NCBI RefSeq assembly: GCF_018977255.1
Contig: NW_024704742.1
Span: forward strand, 39,310,001 to 39,374,000
From: Callorhinchus milii
Taxonomy: Eukaryota
Reading direction: 5' to 3'
DNA length: 64,000 bases
Within the stretch, counting starts at the first letter, position 1. Each line of letters begins with the position of its first letter. The position numbers and the translations under genes were made by a program. Below are positions 12,176 through 25,200 of the stretch, piece by piece. The notes beneath the pieces are model-generated. The model ran no database searches. It had not been told where the DNA came from and saw only the letters and a program-made list of their open reading frames with translations.

Positions 12176-13240
12176 GCAGTGGTTGAGGTTGAATCTATAC
12201 TAGTTTCAAAAGGTCACTAGATAAATATCAACCATGAACTCAAAGTCCCAATGTGGGACTTGAACCCACAACTCCAACAATGAGCTTCAAATAAGACCTC
12301 ATCAGCATATCCTCAGCTCCACCGTAATACCGACAAAAATGGAACCTATCGGAATCCCATTTTTATTTTCAGAGCTTGCTGCATAAATTCATGGAATAAC
12401 AACCTTACTCTTTCAATATCACTATGGAAACTAACAACCTAACCAAATCATTTCCATGTAAATGCACCTAAAAGACCTCTTCCACTTCTACAACTCTTCC
12501 CCCCTCTCCTCAACCTCAATATGGGATGGGCGCTTGAAGCATTTTAGGCCAAATCTGGATGCTACCTGTCTTCAGAAAATCTGAAATTCAGAGGGAGTAT
12601 TTCAAAGACATTTTAGCCTTGTTCTTTAAATAAGGAACAAAACGTCTTCGGTAATACACCACTGAAATTTTGAACCTCACTGTGTTCCCAGATAATTCCA
12701 GATAACGGTGAGAAGTGTGACGTGAACAGGTGATGAAAGGCTGCAAAATAATCTTTGAAATCTCAATAAATGTGAATCAAATGGTATTTATAATTATAAT
12801 AATAATCCTTGGATTTGATATAACGCCTTATCACGTTGATGAGACGCCTCAAAGCTCTTCATACGATATACTGTAAAGTGGATTGACTGTATATACTATG
12901 GCAAAACTGTGAATCCACATTGGAGACCGAGGGGTGAAAATGCAACATTTTGTAACAGATTTGAATTAATTGAGAGAGTTTCTCCCAGTGTCCTGGCCTA
13001 CAAACAAAAAATGATCATTCACTTCATGGCTGTTTGTGGGATATTGCTGTTGGCAAATTAGCTGCTACATTTGCCCTCACATATGTAATCGTTACACTTC
13101 ACAGTAAAATCCAATGAAACATTTTTGAGACATATCGATGACTTGATAAGACACTATACCAAATGCAAGAATTATTATTAATCAGCATATTATTCATTTC
13201 AGGTTAGATTAAAATAAGAAATTGAATCCAATTGAATCCA

Positions 13241-13669
13241 AGTCCTGTAGCTCAGTGGTTAGAGCACTCGCTTTGCAAGCGAGAGACCTGAGTTCAATTC
13301 CAGGCAGGGCGAAACCTCGGGCAAGTTTCCTTACTCCACACGCCTAATAATAATCCCTCCAAAACCAAAAACAATAATAAATTGGTCATTTTCAATCTAC
13401 GACTGTTTGTGGGACAAATATACAGTCAATTCACTTTACAGTGTGTTCTGTGAAGCGCTTTGGGACGTCCTCCCGACGTGGAAAGCGCTATATCAAATGC
13501 AAGGATTATTATTATTATTATTATTATTATTGCTGTGCGCAATTGGCTGCCGCGTTCGCCCACAAATATACAGTCAATTCACTTTACAGTGTGTTCTGTG
13601 AAGCGCTTTGGGACGTCCTCCCAACGTGAAAAGCGCTATATCAAATGCAAGGATTATTATTATTATTAT
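13241..13669 (+). mobile_element. Young tRNA-Ala SINE with rearranged, doubled 3' end
   Basis: Two near-identical 3' ends, each with a (TTA)n tail (ending ~13531 and ~13669). Confidence 0.95.
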
Positions 13670-14789
13670 AAACGCAACCTCAGCTGCCAGTCAGTTTAAT
13701 TGCACCAGTGAATATTTTTGTACTCTGCTTCAGCTGGCCTTGTGAAACCTCTGGTATATGTCCATCTTCTATTCACCTTTGCCTAAATATAGTTTGTACC
13801 ATTCTGCCGGACAATTACATGCCTGTGAATGAGCTTTGCTACAAATAGCTCCGACTGTGCACAATGGTTATCAGCATTGTTAAAAATAAAGAGGCGGCTG
13901 AGTTTCTCCCAGAGTTGCAGAAATAAATGCACTGTGTGAAACAGAAAGTGCTGCACTGGGCTGAGACCAGGCCCAAGGTCATTTTGTTCCATTGCGGTTA
14001 TTGAGCCAATGCACCTCATATTTTCTATTTGATAAGATCTTTTTCTTGCTTTCCTTGATAATGATCAGTTACATTTTCATCAGCGCTTCAGTCACTTAGG
14101 ACTGTCATTGTCACCCACCTCTATTAGCCAGTATAATAACAGTAGCTTCACCGGCTAGTCTGAACCCCTGATTGTTTCCAACACATACTTTAGTTCACTG
14201 CCAGTATTGTTCCCTTTTTCTACTGTCATTTTCATTACTGCATCAATTTTCTTTCAAGATTAGTACTCACAATTTAGATAAGTCCACCCTCATTCATGCT
14301 GCAGGCTGCCACCACAAAGCTCATGGTATAACAAACGTTCTCTCTGGGTTGCGAACAAGGTTTTAGAAAACCAAAGGAGATAGTCAACCATCTGCGATCC
14401 CTAATTTCGATTAATGCTCTCCATGAGTTTGCAATAAATGGGTTCAGCTAGCATATAAATAAATGAAAAGCACAACAGCTGACAACGGCAGGTTATTGAA
14501 GTACAATTCTTCCAGGATACTTCAAGTGCACTTCAAATTCAATTGCATGAATGCTGCACCATTTCAAAACATCCTCCTTGTGATAACTATTATTATATTT
14601 CCAAGTTGAATTCCATGTGCCACCAGTTTTACAAGCCATTTAACCGTGTCAGCAGGTATTACCAAACGTAAAAATAAAATAATGGTAATCCTTGCATTTG
14701 ATATAGTTGTGCCATACCACATTGTTATAATGCCTACAAAATATACAGTCACGATACTTTACAGTAAATCCTGTTAAGCGCTTTGAGAC

Positions 14790-15275
14790 TTGATTTCAAG
14801 ATCCTCATCCTCACCTACAAGGCCATTCACGGCCTTGCTCCCTCCTACCTCTCCAACCTACTATCCCCCTACCTACCTGCCCGTACCCTCCGTTCCTCTG
14901 GCTCTGATCTGCTCCACGTCCCCCGCCCCAACCGCCCTACCATCGGTGGTCGGGCCTTCAGCCTCTCAGCCCCCAGGCTCTGGAACTCCATCCCCCAGTG
15001 CCTTCGCCTTGCTTCCTCCCTTTCCTCCTTCAAGGCCGGTCTCAAAACCTTTCTCTTTGACCGTGCCTTCAGCTTCCCTCTCGACTCTCTTCCCCCTCCT
15101 CGCTCCCTCCCTTCCCTCCCCTCACCCTGACCATTTCCCCCCTCCTTGCTCCCTCCCTTCTCTCACCCTGACCATTTCCCCCCTGCTCGGGTCATGACCC
15201 AACTGTGCAGCGCCTTGGGACGTCCTCCTGACGTGAAAGGCGCTTTATAAATGGAATCTTGTTGTTGTTGTTGTT
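14790..15275 (+). mobile_element. L2 LINE 3' end, little decayed
   Basis: DFKILILTYKAIHGLAPSYLS...GGRAFS...LWNS...FKAGLKTFLF; tail GCGCCTTGGGACGTCCTCCTGACGTGAAAGGCGC then (TTG)n; ~45-bp tandem duplication at ~15090-15183. Confidence 0.95.
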
Positions 15276-15369
15276 GAGACATTCTCCTGATGTGAAAGGA
15301 TTATTATTATTATTACTAAACATCTCAAAGTACTTCACTGTATATGATTATAATTATTATTACTATTAT

Positions 15370-15605
15370 TCGTACACAGCAATGCCCCACAAACAACCAT
15401 GAAGCACATGTCCAATTAAATCTGTGGGATTGTTGGCCAGGAAACAGGGAGAATCTCTCTTCTCTTTTTGAATAATACCATGGGATCAACTTTCGTAATC
15501 TTAAACGTAAGTTAAAGATCCCATTGCATTATTCAAAAAGAGAAGAGTCTCTCCCAGTGTCCTGGACTGAACAGGTGGATGGGACTTTGGTTTAACATCT
15601 CATTC
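15370..15605 (-). mobile_element. Old DeuSINE-like fragment with internal inverted duplication
   Basis: 15437-15487 is an imperfect inverted copy of 15517-15565. Confidence 0.75.
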
Positions 15606-15626
15606 TATTTCATTCTCTAATGATAT

Positions 15627-16002
15627 CGTGGAATCCTTAGCATAGTGGTTAGAGCACTCACCTGGCAAGCGAGAGGACCTGGGTTCAATTTCCAGGTGGA
15701 GGGAACTGTTAGGGAAGTTTCCTTACACCACACGCACACTTCTGTTTACCTAGCAGTAAGTAGGAACCCGCTTGTTAGTCGATTGGCAAATTGCTTTCCG
15801 GGGGTAATAATCCCTTCAAAAAAATAATCTGGACACTCAATCCACGACTGTTTGTGTGGGACACTGCTCTGCGCAATTGGCTGCCGCATTTTGCCTACAA
15901 AATACACAGTCAATTAACTTTAGTGTATATTCTGTGAAGCGCTTTGAGACATCTCAAACACGTGATAAGGCGCTATACCAAATGCAAGGATGATTATTAT
16001 TA
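15627..16002 (+). mobile_element. tRNA-Ala SINE, long form, full length
   Basis: Head, extra ~65-bp block (TCTGTTTACCTAGCAGTAAGTAGGAACCC...TTTCCGGGGG), Deu-like block and tail. Confidence 0.9.
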
Positions 16003-16019
16003 ACCAGCAATATATTTTA

Positions 16020-16790
16020 GTATTAGCCTGATTATGTTGGTAGCACTCTCCCACATTGGGATATTAAACTCAAATCATTCTGACGGACACTCCAATGCCG
16101 CGGTGGATTAAGATGTGCTGCATTGTTGGAGGTACCATCCTTCAACTGACACTAAATTGAGATCCTATCTACCTGTTCGGTTAGATGTTACAGGTCTCAT
16201 GGTATTATTTGAAAAGAGAATGGAGTTTTTCACTTCATGGGAGATGGCCAGGAGCAAATTGTTTGCTGTGTTTCACCTGCAAAATACAGTCATTACGTTT
16301 TGCAGTATATCCCGTGCAGCTCTCCCGACATAAAGGCCACTATTTCAAATGCAAGGATTATTTTTTTCACTACATTATCCTGTTTTTGTTGTTCCTGGAA
16401 ACTAATATAAGTAATAATTTTTTTTATAGTGCCTATCATCTCAAAGGACTTCACAGTTAATTGCTGTCATGTTTGCAGGTAAATGCGGCGGCAGATTTGT
16501 GCACAACAAGATTGCATAAATAGCCATGAAGTGAATGTTCAATTTATCTTGAGGAATGTTGGCCAGGGCACCAAGAGAGTCTCCCTTGCTTTCTGAATAG
16601 TGCTTTGGGAACTTTAACATCGATCTAAACATACAGGTAGGGTGTCGATTTAATGTCTTTCCAAAATGTAACACTTCAAACAATGCACCTCTCTTCCAGC
16701 CTATGCTGTGTGTTCAAAAATTCTTAATATGGGGCTTGAACCCACAGTTTCTGACTGGGGGGGAGAGAGCTACCAACTTAACCAAACAAA
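16020..16790. mobile_element. Two old SacSINE1-like copies, tail to tail (+ ~16020-16365; - ~16420-16790)
   Basis: Decayed tRNA heads and Deu blocks on opposite strands. Confidence 0.7.
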
Positions 16791-18714
16791 AGTCTAACGT
16801 AGACAAATTATATTTTCAAAAGCTGAAAAACTCCAGTTATTAAAGGGTTACTCAGATACTACAAGAAATCTATATTGTGGAAACTCAGAGACACTTTCAA
16901 TTCAGTTTCATCTTGGGAAAAAAAGCAATGAAAGATGCAGAAAACATATTTGTTCATTTTCTCATTCGTTTTCTATTTTGATGATTTTTTAGGACAAAAA
17001 TTGTGCCAGGTCTCAGTGGAATTAACTTACAATGGTGACTTTTGTAGAAACGTCAATCCAAGTTTTCTAATCAGGTTAGCTTTCTACATAATAAAATACA
17101 GTATATTGCAGTAAACATGACAAATATTAACTTAGTACTGGCAGGACTATATTTTCTTTAAAGGTTTAGTTCTAGACCCTCTACATATATTATTTGAACT
17201 GTGGTAATGTTTTGCCAGCTGTATATACAACCCTTAACATAGAATGATAGAAAGTTTACAGTACAGAAGTAGAACATTCAGCCCAGTATTCTGTGCTGAT
17301 GCTAACTCACCCACTGGAACTATCTACTTTAATCTCATTCCTGTGATATTTCCCTGGAGAATATAATATTTTCAAAATATATTTATCCCCCATGTTTTTG
17401 CTGTTGTGAACTCACCTTCAGAAGCAATATATAATAAGACATTCAACATTCTGACAACCTTCTGTGCAAAAAGAATCTGACTTGTGAAAATATGCAATTA
17501 GTACCTTTACTGACAATCAGTGAAAATAGTCTTTCTCTATTTATATCTTTATAATTATTCACAATTTGGAAATACTCCATTATGCCTCCCTTAATGTCGT
17601 CTACAAAATGCACAGTCACTGCACTTTACAGTAAATCCTGTGAAGCACTTTAAGATGTCTTCCCGACATGAGAAGAACTATATCAAACGCAAGGATTTTT
17701 TTTAACCTTGTCTGTCTTAACCAATGAAAACAGTCCCAACATTTCCAATCTTTCTGCAAAACTACAATGTACTGTCTCAACTCTTTTATTACCTCCAATG
17801 CATTTTCACTGTACCCTCTCCATAACTGTGAGGTGCTTTCAATAATGAAGTGCCCCAAACTCGATGCAGTGGTCTAAATATGGCCTAACAATGTGTTGTA
17901 CAATTTAAACATTATCTTCTTGCAATCCCCCTATATTTAAAAACTTAGCATTCCACTGTGTTTTCTATGGTGTTGTATAGTTACACTCAACTTTAAGGAC
18001 CTGTTAATCTATACCTCTAGGTCTCTGTTCCTGTCCTCCATTATAAATGTTATCTTAATTATAAAAAAATTCAAAGAGAATTTGGAATGCTAAAACTTAC
18101 CTGAGACAGGTCCATCAAATTAGCTTTTACTCATTTTGATCTGTTAAGCAAAATATTTCCTTAAAACTATTTCTTATGATCGGTCAGGAGGAGTTAGGAG
18201 TAATTCATTCATGCTGTTTTAAGAATGATCTGCACACCCTGTAGTTTAAGCATCTTTGTCATTTCCTGTTTTCGTTTTGACCAACCTCCACTTACAAGCT
18301 GACTCAAACCACAGCAGTGTAACTCCCACATTATAGAACAAATGATTGCTACACAGGAAAGCCCAATTAAAAGACCCAATTACATTCCGCGAAACATTTT
18401 GCTACTGAAGACGCAAACTCAAGACAATAAAGCTTACACATAACCATCTAAGAACACCTCCAGTCAGTGAAAGTTACCAGTTTTTACAGCGCAAATACTC
18501 AGAAGGTTGTAAGTTCAAGCCCTACTTTGGGGAATTCGGCCCTTGAAGCCCACAACACCCAAAGCTATACCTACCAAATCATAGACTGTGGTGCACCCAT
18601 TCTATCTCATGGGGAAAGTATTATCCAGCTACTTTCTGCATCCCAAAGGCAATTAGTCCAAATTGTATTTGTTTACATTTCCAATGATATTTAATATTTA
18701 CATTTTAGAACTGA

Positions 18715-18915
18715 GGCATGGCTGATGTGATTAGCTTGTGGAGCCTGGTGTGGGAAAGGACGTGGGCTGCAGAGTTTTGGACAGCCTGCAGTTTGTGTAG
18801 ATAAGAGCTCGGGAGTCCGGCAAGCAGAGAGTTGTGGTCAAGTGTGTGATTAATGCATGGATGAGACCGGAGTGGAGAGAAGGTTGCGTAGCAGAGGTTG
18901 GCAATGTTTTGGAGA
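18715..18915 (-). mobile_element. Short L2 ORF2 fragment
   Basis: LDHNSLLAGLPSSYLHKLQAVQNSAAHVL. Confidence 0.8.
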
Positions 18916-19076
18916 TAGGGAGAAGATGAACCAGTTGAGCTGTGCACAGATGTGGTGTTTAGAGAACAAATTAAACAATATAACAAAACATGAAATGAGA
19001 AAAACGCATTTTGCCCATCACTTCCCCCATTGTCCCCACAAGAAATACACTATCAGGAATTTCACTTCACACAGCA

Positions 19077-19360
19077 GTCCTGTAGAGTATTAGTTAGAGC
19101 ATTCGCCTCGCAAGCAGGAGGACCTGGGTTCAATTCCCGGTCAGGGCGGAACCGCAGGAAAGTTTCCTTACTCCAAATGGCTCTGTTCACCTGGCAGTAA
19201 GTAGGAACCCGAGGGTAATAATCCTTTTAAAAATAAATAAAAATAATAATTTGGTCCCTCAAACCATGACTATTTGTGGGACACTGCTGTATGCAATTGG
19301 CTGTCGCTCTTCGCCCACAAAATATACAGTCAATTCACTTCACAGTATATTCTTTGAAGA
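19077..19360 (+). mobile_element. tRNA-Ala SINE, intermediate-length form
   Basis: Head with CTCGCAA loop, part of the long-form block, Deu-like block; 3' end missing. Confidence 0.85.
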
Positions 19361-19559
19361 TTATAAAAAACCCTCTCAAACTATCCATTTCCAATTATAC
19401 CAGCATTTTGACAAAAATGAAACATAGTGGATTATTTAAAAAATGCCCAAATCCTTCTTATAATTGCGATTGTTGTTGCGGTCATTTATTGAACCACAGG
19501 AGATTTCTGCTGTCACTCTGTGAGTGTTTGGAAGCTGGGTAAAGAGTCTCTCTGAAGAA

Positions 19560-20912
19560 AAGAATCATTGATTAAGGATGTGGTAGTGCGGTATTTAGAG
19601 GAGCACAATATAATTAGGCCAAGTCAACATGGCTTTACAAAAGGGAAGTCATGTTTGACAAATCTCATAGAGTTTTTTGAGGATATTTCCAGTAAACTAG
19701 ATAAGGGTGAATCAGTGGATGTGGTCTATTTGGACTTCTAGAAGGCATTCGATAAGGTGCCTCATAAAAGGTTAGTCCAAAAGATAAGGGCCCATGGAAT
19801 TGGGGGGAGCATATTAACGTGGATTGGGGAATGGTTAACGGGTAGGAAAAAAAGAGTAGGGATAAACGGGTCCTTTTCAGATTGGCGGGATGTGACTAGT
19901 GGAGTGCCACAAGGATCAGTCCTTGGGCCTCAGCTATTTACATCTACATCAACGATCATGATGAGGACATCAAAGTTAATATATCTAAATTCGCGGATGA
20001 CACAAAACTAGGAGGAAGTGTCAACACGGAGGACGACATTAAAAAAATGCAGCGAGACATAGGTAGGTTAGGTGATTGGGCAGGTAGGTGGCAGATTAAG
20101 TAAAACGTAGGGAAGTGCAAAGTCATCCACCTAGGTAGCAAAAACAGTAGATCGGGTTATTTTTTAGAAGGGGAGAGATTGAATGTGTTCGCGTCCAGAG
20201 GGACTTGGGTGTCCAATCACAGAAAGTTAGTCTGCAGGTGCAGCAGCAATTAGGAAGGCGAACGGTATGTTAGCATTCATTATGAAAGGATTAGAGTATA
20301 AGAGTAGGGAAGTCTTGCTGCAACTGTATAGGGCCCTGGTGAGACCACACCTGGAATACTGTGTCCAGTTTTGGTCTCCTCATTTAAGGAAGGATGTACT
20401 TGCCTTGGAGGGGCTGCAGCGTAGATTTACCAGGTTAGTACCAGGGATGAAGGGGTTGAGTTACAAGGATAGGCTGACCAATTTGGGCCTATATTCTCTA
20501 GAATACAGAAGAATTAGAGCGGTTCTTAAGAAACCTATAAGATCATCAAAGGGCATGATAGAGTAGATAGTGGCAGATTGTTTCCCCTGGTTGGAGAAAC
20601 TAAAACCAGGGGTCACAACCTTAAAATCAGAGGCCAGCCCTTTCGCACTGAGTTGAGGAAAAACTTCTTCACTCAAAGGGTGGTGAATGCATGGAACTCA
20701 CTATCCCAAAGGGCTGTTGACTGTCAGTCATTGAACATATTCAAGACTGAGATAGATAGATTTCTTATTGCAAAAGAGATTAAGGGATATGGGGATAAGG
20801 CAGGGTCAGGTTATTAGCTGGAGTTAGGTTAGAAGATCAGCCATGATTGAATGGCGGAGCAGGCTCGAAGGGCTGAATGGCCTACTCCTGCTCCTACATG
20901 TTATGTTATGTA
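19560..20912 (+). mobile_element. CR1 LINE, 5'-truncated, RT domain and intact 3' end; disrupted
   Basis: AFDKVPHKRL, SGVPQGSVLGPQLF, SKFADDTKLGG, RPHLEYCVQFWSP, TRGHNLKI; stops and frameshifts; ends GGCCTACTCCTGCTCCTAC followed by (ATGTT)n. Confidence 0.96.
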
Positions 20913-21285
20913 ATGAAATGGTACATGTTCTCTTTTCACTGAGAACTTAAAATTCCCTTCTCTGCTTTTAAACTGAAAATACCCTTTCTGTTTTCAAGCT
21001 TCTTTCATTTCATAATTCATGTTCTGCAATTTTAACCTCAAATATTAAGGCAAAAAAGAAATACAAAAAATTCTTAGTATTGGGGAATAAATTACAATCA
21101 GGGATTGCTCAGGGTGAGATAGGTTTGACATATCTTTCACTCTGTTACCCCCAGATTTGTTTTGATCAGCTGGGTGTCTGAAACATATAGAAATCCATCA
21201 CAAAGACTATTGAAATGTGTATTGCCACGTACAACATGGAAATTTACGCATGTCTGGATTGCACATTCTCTTCCCAGGGGGATCC

Positions 21286-21960
21286 TTAATCAAGGAGCTT
21301 GGTCCTTGTCTTATCTATCTCCTTTTCTGTAATCATTTTGAATCTTATTTTATTATTATTACTAGCCCTGAGGTTCTCCCCCACAGTTAAATTCATAACC
21401 TGATCCGACTCATTATCTATAACAATGTAGAGTAGCGCTTCTCCTTTTGTTGAAGTTTCTATATATTTGAACAGAGTCCTGCGCACATTGCAAGAACTAT
21501 CTCCTCTGTGCCTCCTACTCCCTCCTCCCTTTCTCTGCCAGTCTATCTGGGGATAATTCAAATCCCCTATTATTATTACTTTTTTTTGCTCATCTCCCTT
21601 ACCTGCTGCATATTTCTTCTTCTACTTCTTTTCCCCTGTTGTGCACTCTCAATAGTGTGGCTAGTCCTATTTTATCCTTTATCTGTAACCAGATGGATTC
21701 TGTCTCCAATCCTCATTATTTATCTCTCTCCTTTTCCAGTGTGATTATAGAGTCTTGTGACTAATACCCCCACCCATTTTCTCCTCTCTGTCCTTTCTAA
21801 ATATAATGTATCATGCAATATTCAATTGGCAAGCACGTCTAGGTTGTAACCATGTTACTGTTAATGCAATTACACCCAATTTCTCACTTTTGATACCATC
21901 TCCAGTTCTCCCATTTTGTTCCCCATCCTCTGTGTGTTGTAGTACAGGCAATGTAATGGA
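21286..21960 (-). mobile_element. Old CR1 endonuclease-region fragment
   Basis: NYPQIDW...TKGEALL...VGENLRASNNNKIRF resembles the CR1 GDFNYP...SDHN region. Confidence 0.75.
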
Positions 21961-22292
21961 CTCCTCCTACCTTTCCCTGTCTTTTTTGTTATTTTTCACT
22001 AATATCTCTTCTTTTGATTTTTATGTACATCTCTTCCTTGCATATTTAAATTCTGCTCTCCTCCTCTCTCCTCAACTCTGCCAATTACATGAAGCTTATT
22101 TGATTTTCTGCATGTCCATGATCAGCAGGCCTGAGTTCCTTTTTATTTATCACAACAAATGGGTCACTAACTTCATGGCTGTTTGTGGGACATTGCTGTG
22201 CGCAAATTGGCTGCTGTGTTTTGCCTACAAAATACAGTCACTCATCTTTACAGTATACCCTGTGAAGCACTTTGAGACATTTCAATGACATG

Positions 22293-25200
22293 CCTCTCCT
22301 GATAACTGAAGTCCCTCATTCCTGGTACCATCCTGGTAAATCTCCTTTGCACCCTCTCCAATGCCTTGACATCCTTCCTAAAGTGTGGTGCCCAGAACTG
22401 AACACAATACTCTCGCTGAGGCCTAACCAGTGTTTTATAAAGGTTCATCATAACTTCCTGACTTTTGTATTCTATGTCCCTATTTATAAAGCTTAGTATC
22501 CCGTATGCTTTTTTAACAGCTTTATCTACCTGTCCTGCCACCTTCAAATATTTACTTATATGAACCCCCAAGTCTCTCTGTTCCTTCAACGCCTTTAAGA
22601 TTGTACCATCAGCTTATATTGCCTCTCCTCATTCTTCCTCCCAAAATGCATCACTTACATTTCTCCACATTAAACTTCATCTGCCACATGTCTGCCCATT
22701 TTACCAGTCTGTCTATGTTCCCTTGCAGTCTACTACTATCCTCCTCACTGTTTACTCCTTTTTCTAGCTTAGTATCATCTGCAAACTTGGAAATTATACT
22801 CCCTATACCCAAGTCCAGGACATCTATATAAATCAAAAACAGTAGTGGTCCCAATACTGATCCCTGGGGGACACCACTGCACACATCCCTCCAGTCAACA
22901 ACAGTTCACCACCACGCTCTGCTTTCTGTCTCCCAGCCAGTTCTGTATCCATGCTGCCACTGTCCCTTTAATACCATGGGCTTCTATTTTGCTTACAAAT
23001 CTCTTATGTGGCACTTTATCAAACGTCTTTTGAAAATCCATATAAACTACATCAACTGCACTACCTTCATCCACCCTTTCCATTACTTCATCAAAAACTC
23101 TATCAGGTTTGCTAGACATGATTTGCCTTTAACAAGTCAGTGTTGACTGTCTTTTATTAATCCATATTTTTCTAAGTGAAAATTTATTTTGTCCCGGATT
23201 ATAGTTTCCCCACTACTGTCATTACCCTGACTGGTCTGTAGTTCTGGATTTATCCTTCTGCCCCTTTTTGTACAGGGCTGTAACATTTGCAACCCTCCAG
23301 TCCTCTGGCACCACCCTGGTATCCAAGGAGGATTGAAAGATTGTGGCCAGAGCCTCTGTTACTTCCACCCATACTTCCCTCTGTAACCTAGGATGCATCC
23401 CGTCCGGACCAGGTGACTTACCTACTTTGAGCACCGACAATCTTTTTAGTTACCTCCTCTCGGTTTATTCTTATCCTATCCAATTTCTCTACCCTCTCCT
23501 CCATACTGTGCCATTGGCTGCATCCTTTTATTTTGTGAAGACAGATGCAAACTACTCATTCAGTACATCAGCCATGCCCTCTACCTCCCTAATTAGACCC
23601 ACCCTACCTTTGACTAACCATTAATTCTTTATATGCTTATAAAATAACTTAGGGTTCCCTTTTATGTTACCCATTAATCTTTTCTCATACAATCTCTTTG
23701 CTCCTCTTATTTCCTTTTTCAGGTCCCTTCTGTACTTTCTGTATTCTATTTGATTAACTTCTGTATTTTGGACCTCACATTTATCATGAGCCTCCTTTTT
23801 CTGTTTTATTTTAATCCTAATTTCCTTATTCATCCAGGGAGGTTTGAATGCCCTACCTTTCCCCTTTGTGGGAATGTATTTGTTCTGTCCCCAAACTATC
23901 TCCTCCTTGAAAGCTTCCCATTGCTCATTAGCTGTTTTACTTGCCAATCTTTCTTTCCAGTCCCTTTTTAACTCACTGAAATTCTTCCAGTTGAGTATCT
24001 TCACCTTTGATTGCTCCTTATCCCTTTCCATAAGTACTCCAGACCTAACGATGTTGTGATCACTGTTGTCCAGATGTTCTCCTCCTGAAACCTGCTCTAT
24101 TTGCCCCACTTCATTCCCCAGAACTAGATCCAGCACTACTTCCTTCTTTGTTGGGCTGGAAACATACTGATCCAGAAAGTTATCCTACACACATTTCAGG
24201 AATCCTTCACCCCTCCTTGCCCTTTACACTGTTATTTTGCCAGTCTATGTTAGGATAATTGAAGTCCCCCATTATTACTACTCTATTCATTTTGCATCTT
24301 TCTGAAATATGCTTGCAGATTTTCTCATCTATCTCCTTCCCACTATTTGGTGGTCTATAGTATACACCTAACAGAGTAACAGTTCATTTTCTGATCCTGA
24401 ACAAATAGATTGTGTTTTTGGACCCTCCAGCACATCGTCCCTTTCCAGGGCCCTAACCGTGTCTTTAATCAATATTGCCACCCACCTTCCTTTTTTTCCT
24501 TCTCTATCCCTCCTGAATACATTGTAGCCAGGAATATTCAGTTCCTATTCCTACCTTTGTTTGAGTCTCCGTTATTGCCACTACATCATAACCCTATGTG
24601 GTAACTTGAGCCTGCAACTCACCAATCTTATTTGTCACACTCCATGCATTTACGCACATGCACTCCAAGACCGACTCAGTCTGTTCTGCATTTCTGTCCC
24701 TTCTAATCCCTCCTTTTTCTGGATTACTCCTTATTACGTTGCTATTCGTCTCTCCCAGCCCTCTATGTAACTTGTTTGTCCTCAGAACTCTGCTGCCCGC
24801 CTTCTCACCCGCACAAAACTCTGCTCCCCGATCAGTCCTTGCCAGACTGCACTGGCTGCCTATCCCAGAGAGAATCAATTTCAAGATCCTCACCCTCGTA
24901 TTCAAATCCCTCCAATCCTCTGCACCCCCCTACCTCTCTGACCTCCTCTCTCCTCAGCACAGTACCCGTTGCTTTTGTTCCTCCAGTTCTGGCCTCCTCC
25001 TTGTCGCCTGAGTTCTCCGCTCCACCCTCGGCGGCCGTGCCTTCAGCCACTATGCCCCAAGGCTCTGGAACTGCATTCCTTTGCCTCACTTCCTCCCTTT
25101 CCATTTTCCGGTCTCTGTTGAAGACCTTTCTTTTCGACCGCGTCTTTGGTCACCTTCCCCCCCTCCCCCTGGCTCAGTCCCGGGATCCGTTACTGTAAAG

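Noticed and set aside
19560..20912. Active reverse transcriptase gene, retron or similar system
   Set aside because: Ordinary 5'-truncated CR1 with stops and frameshifts.
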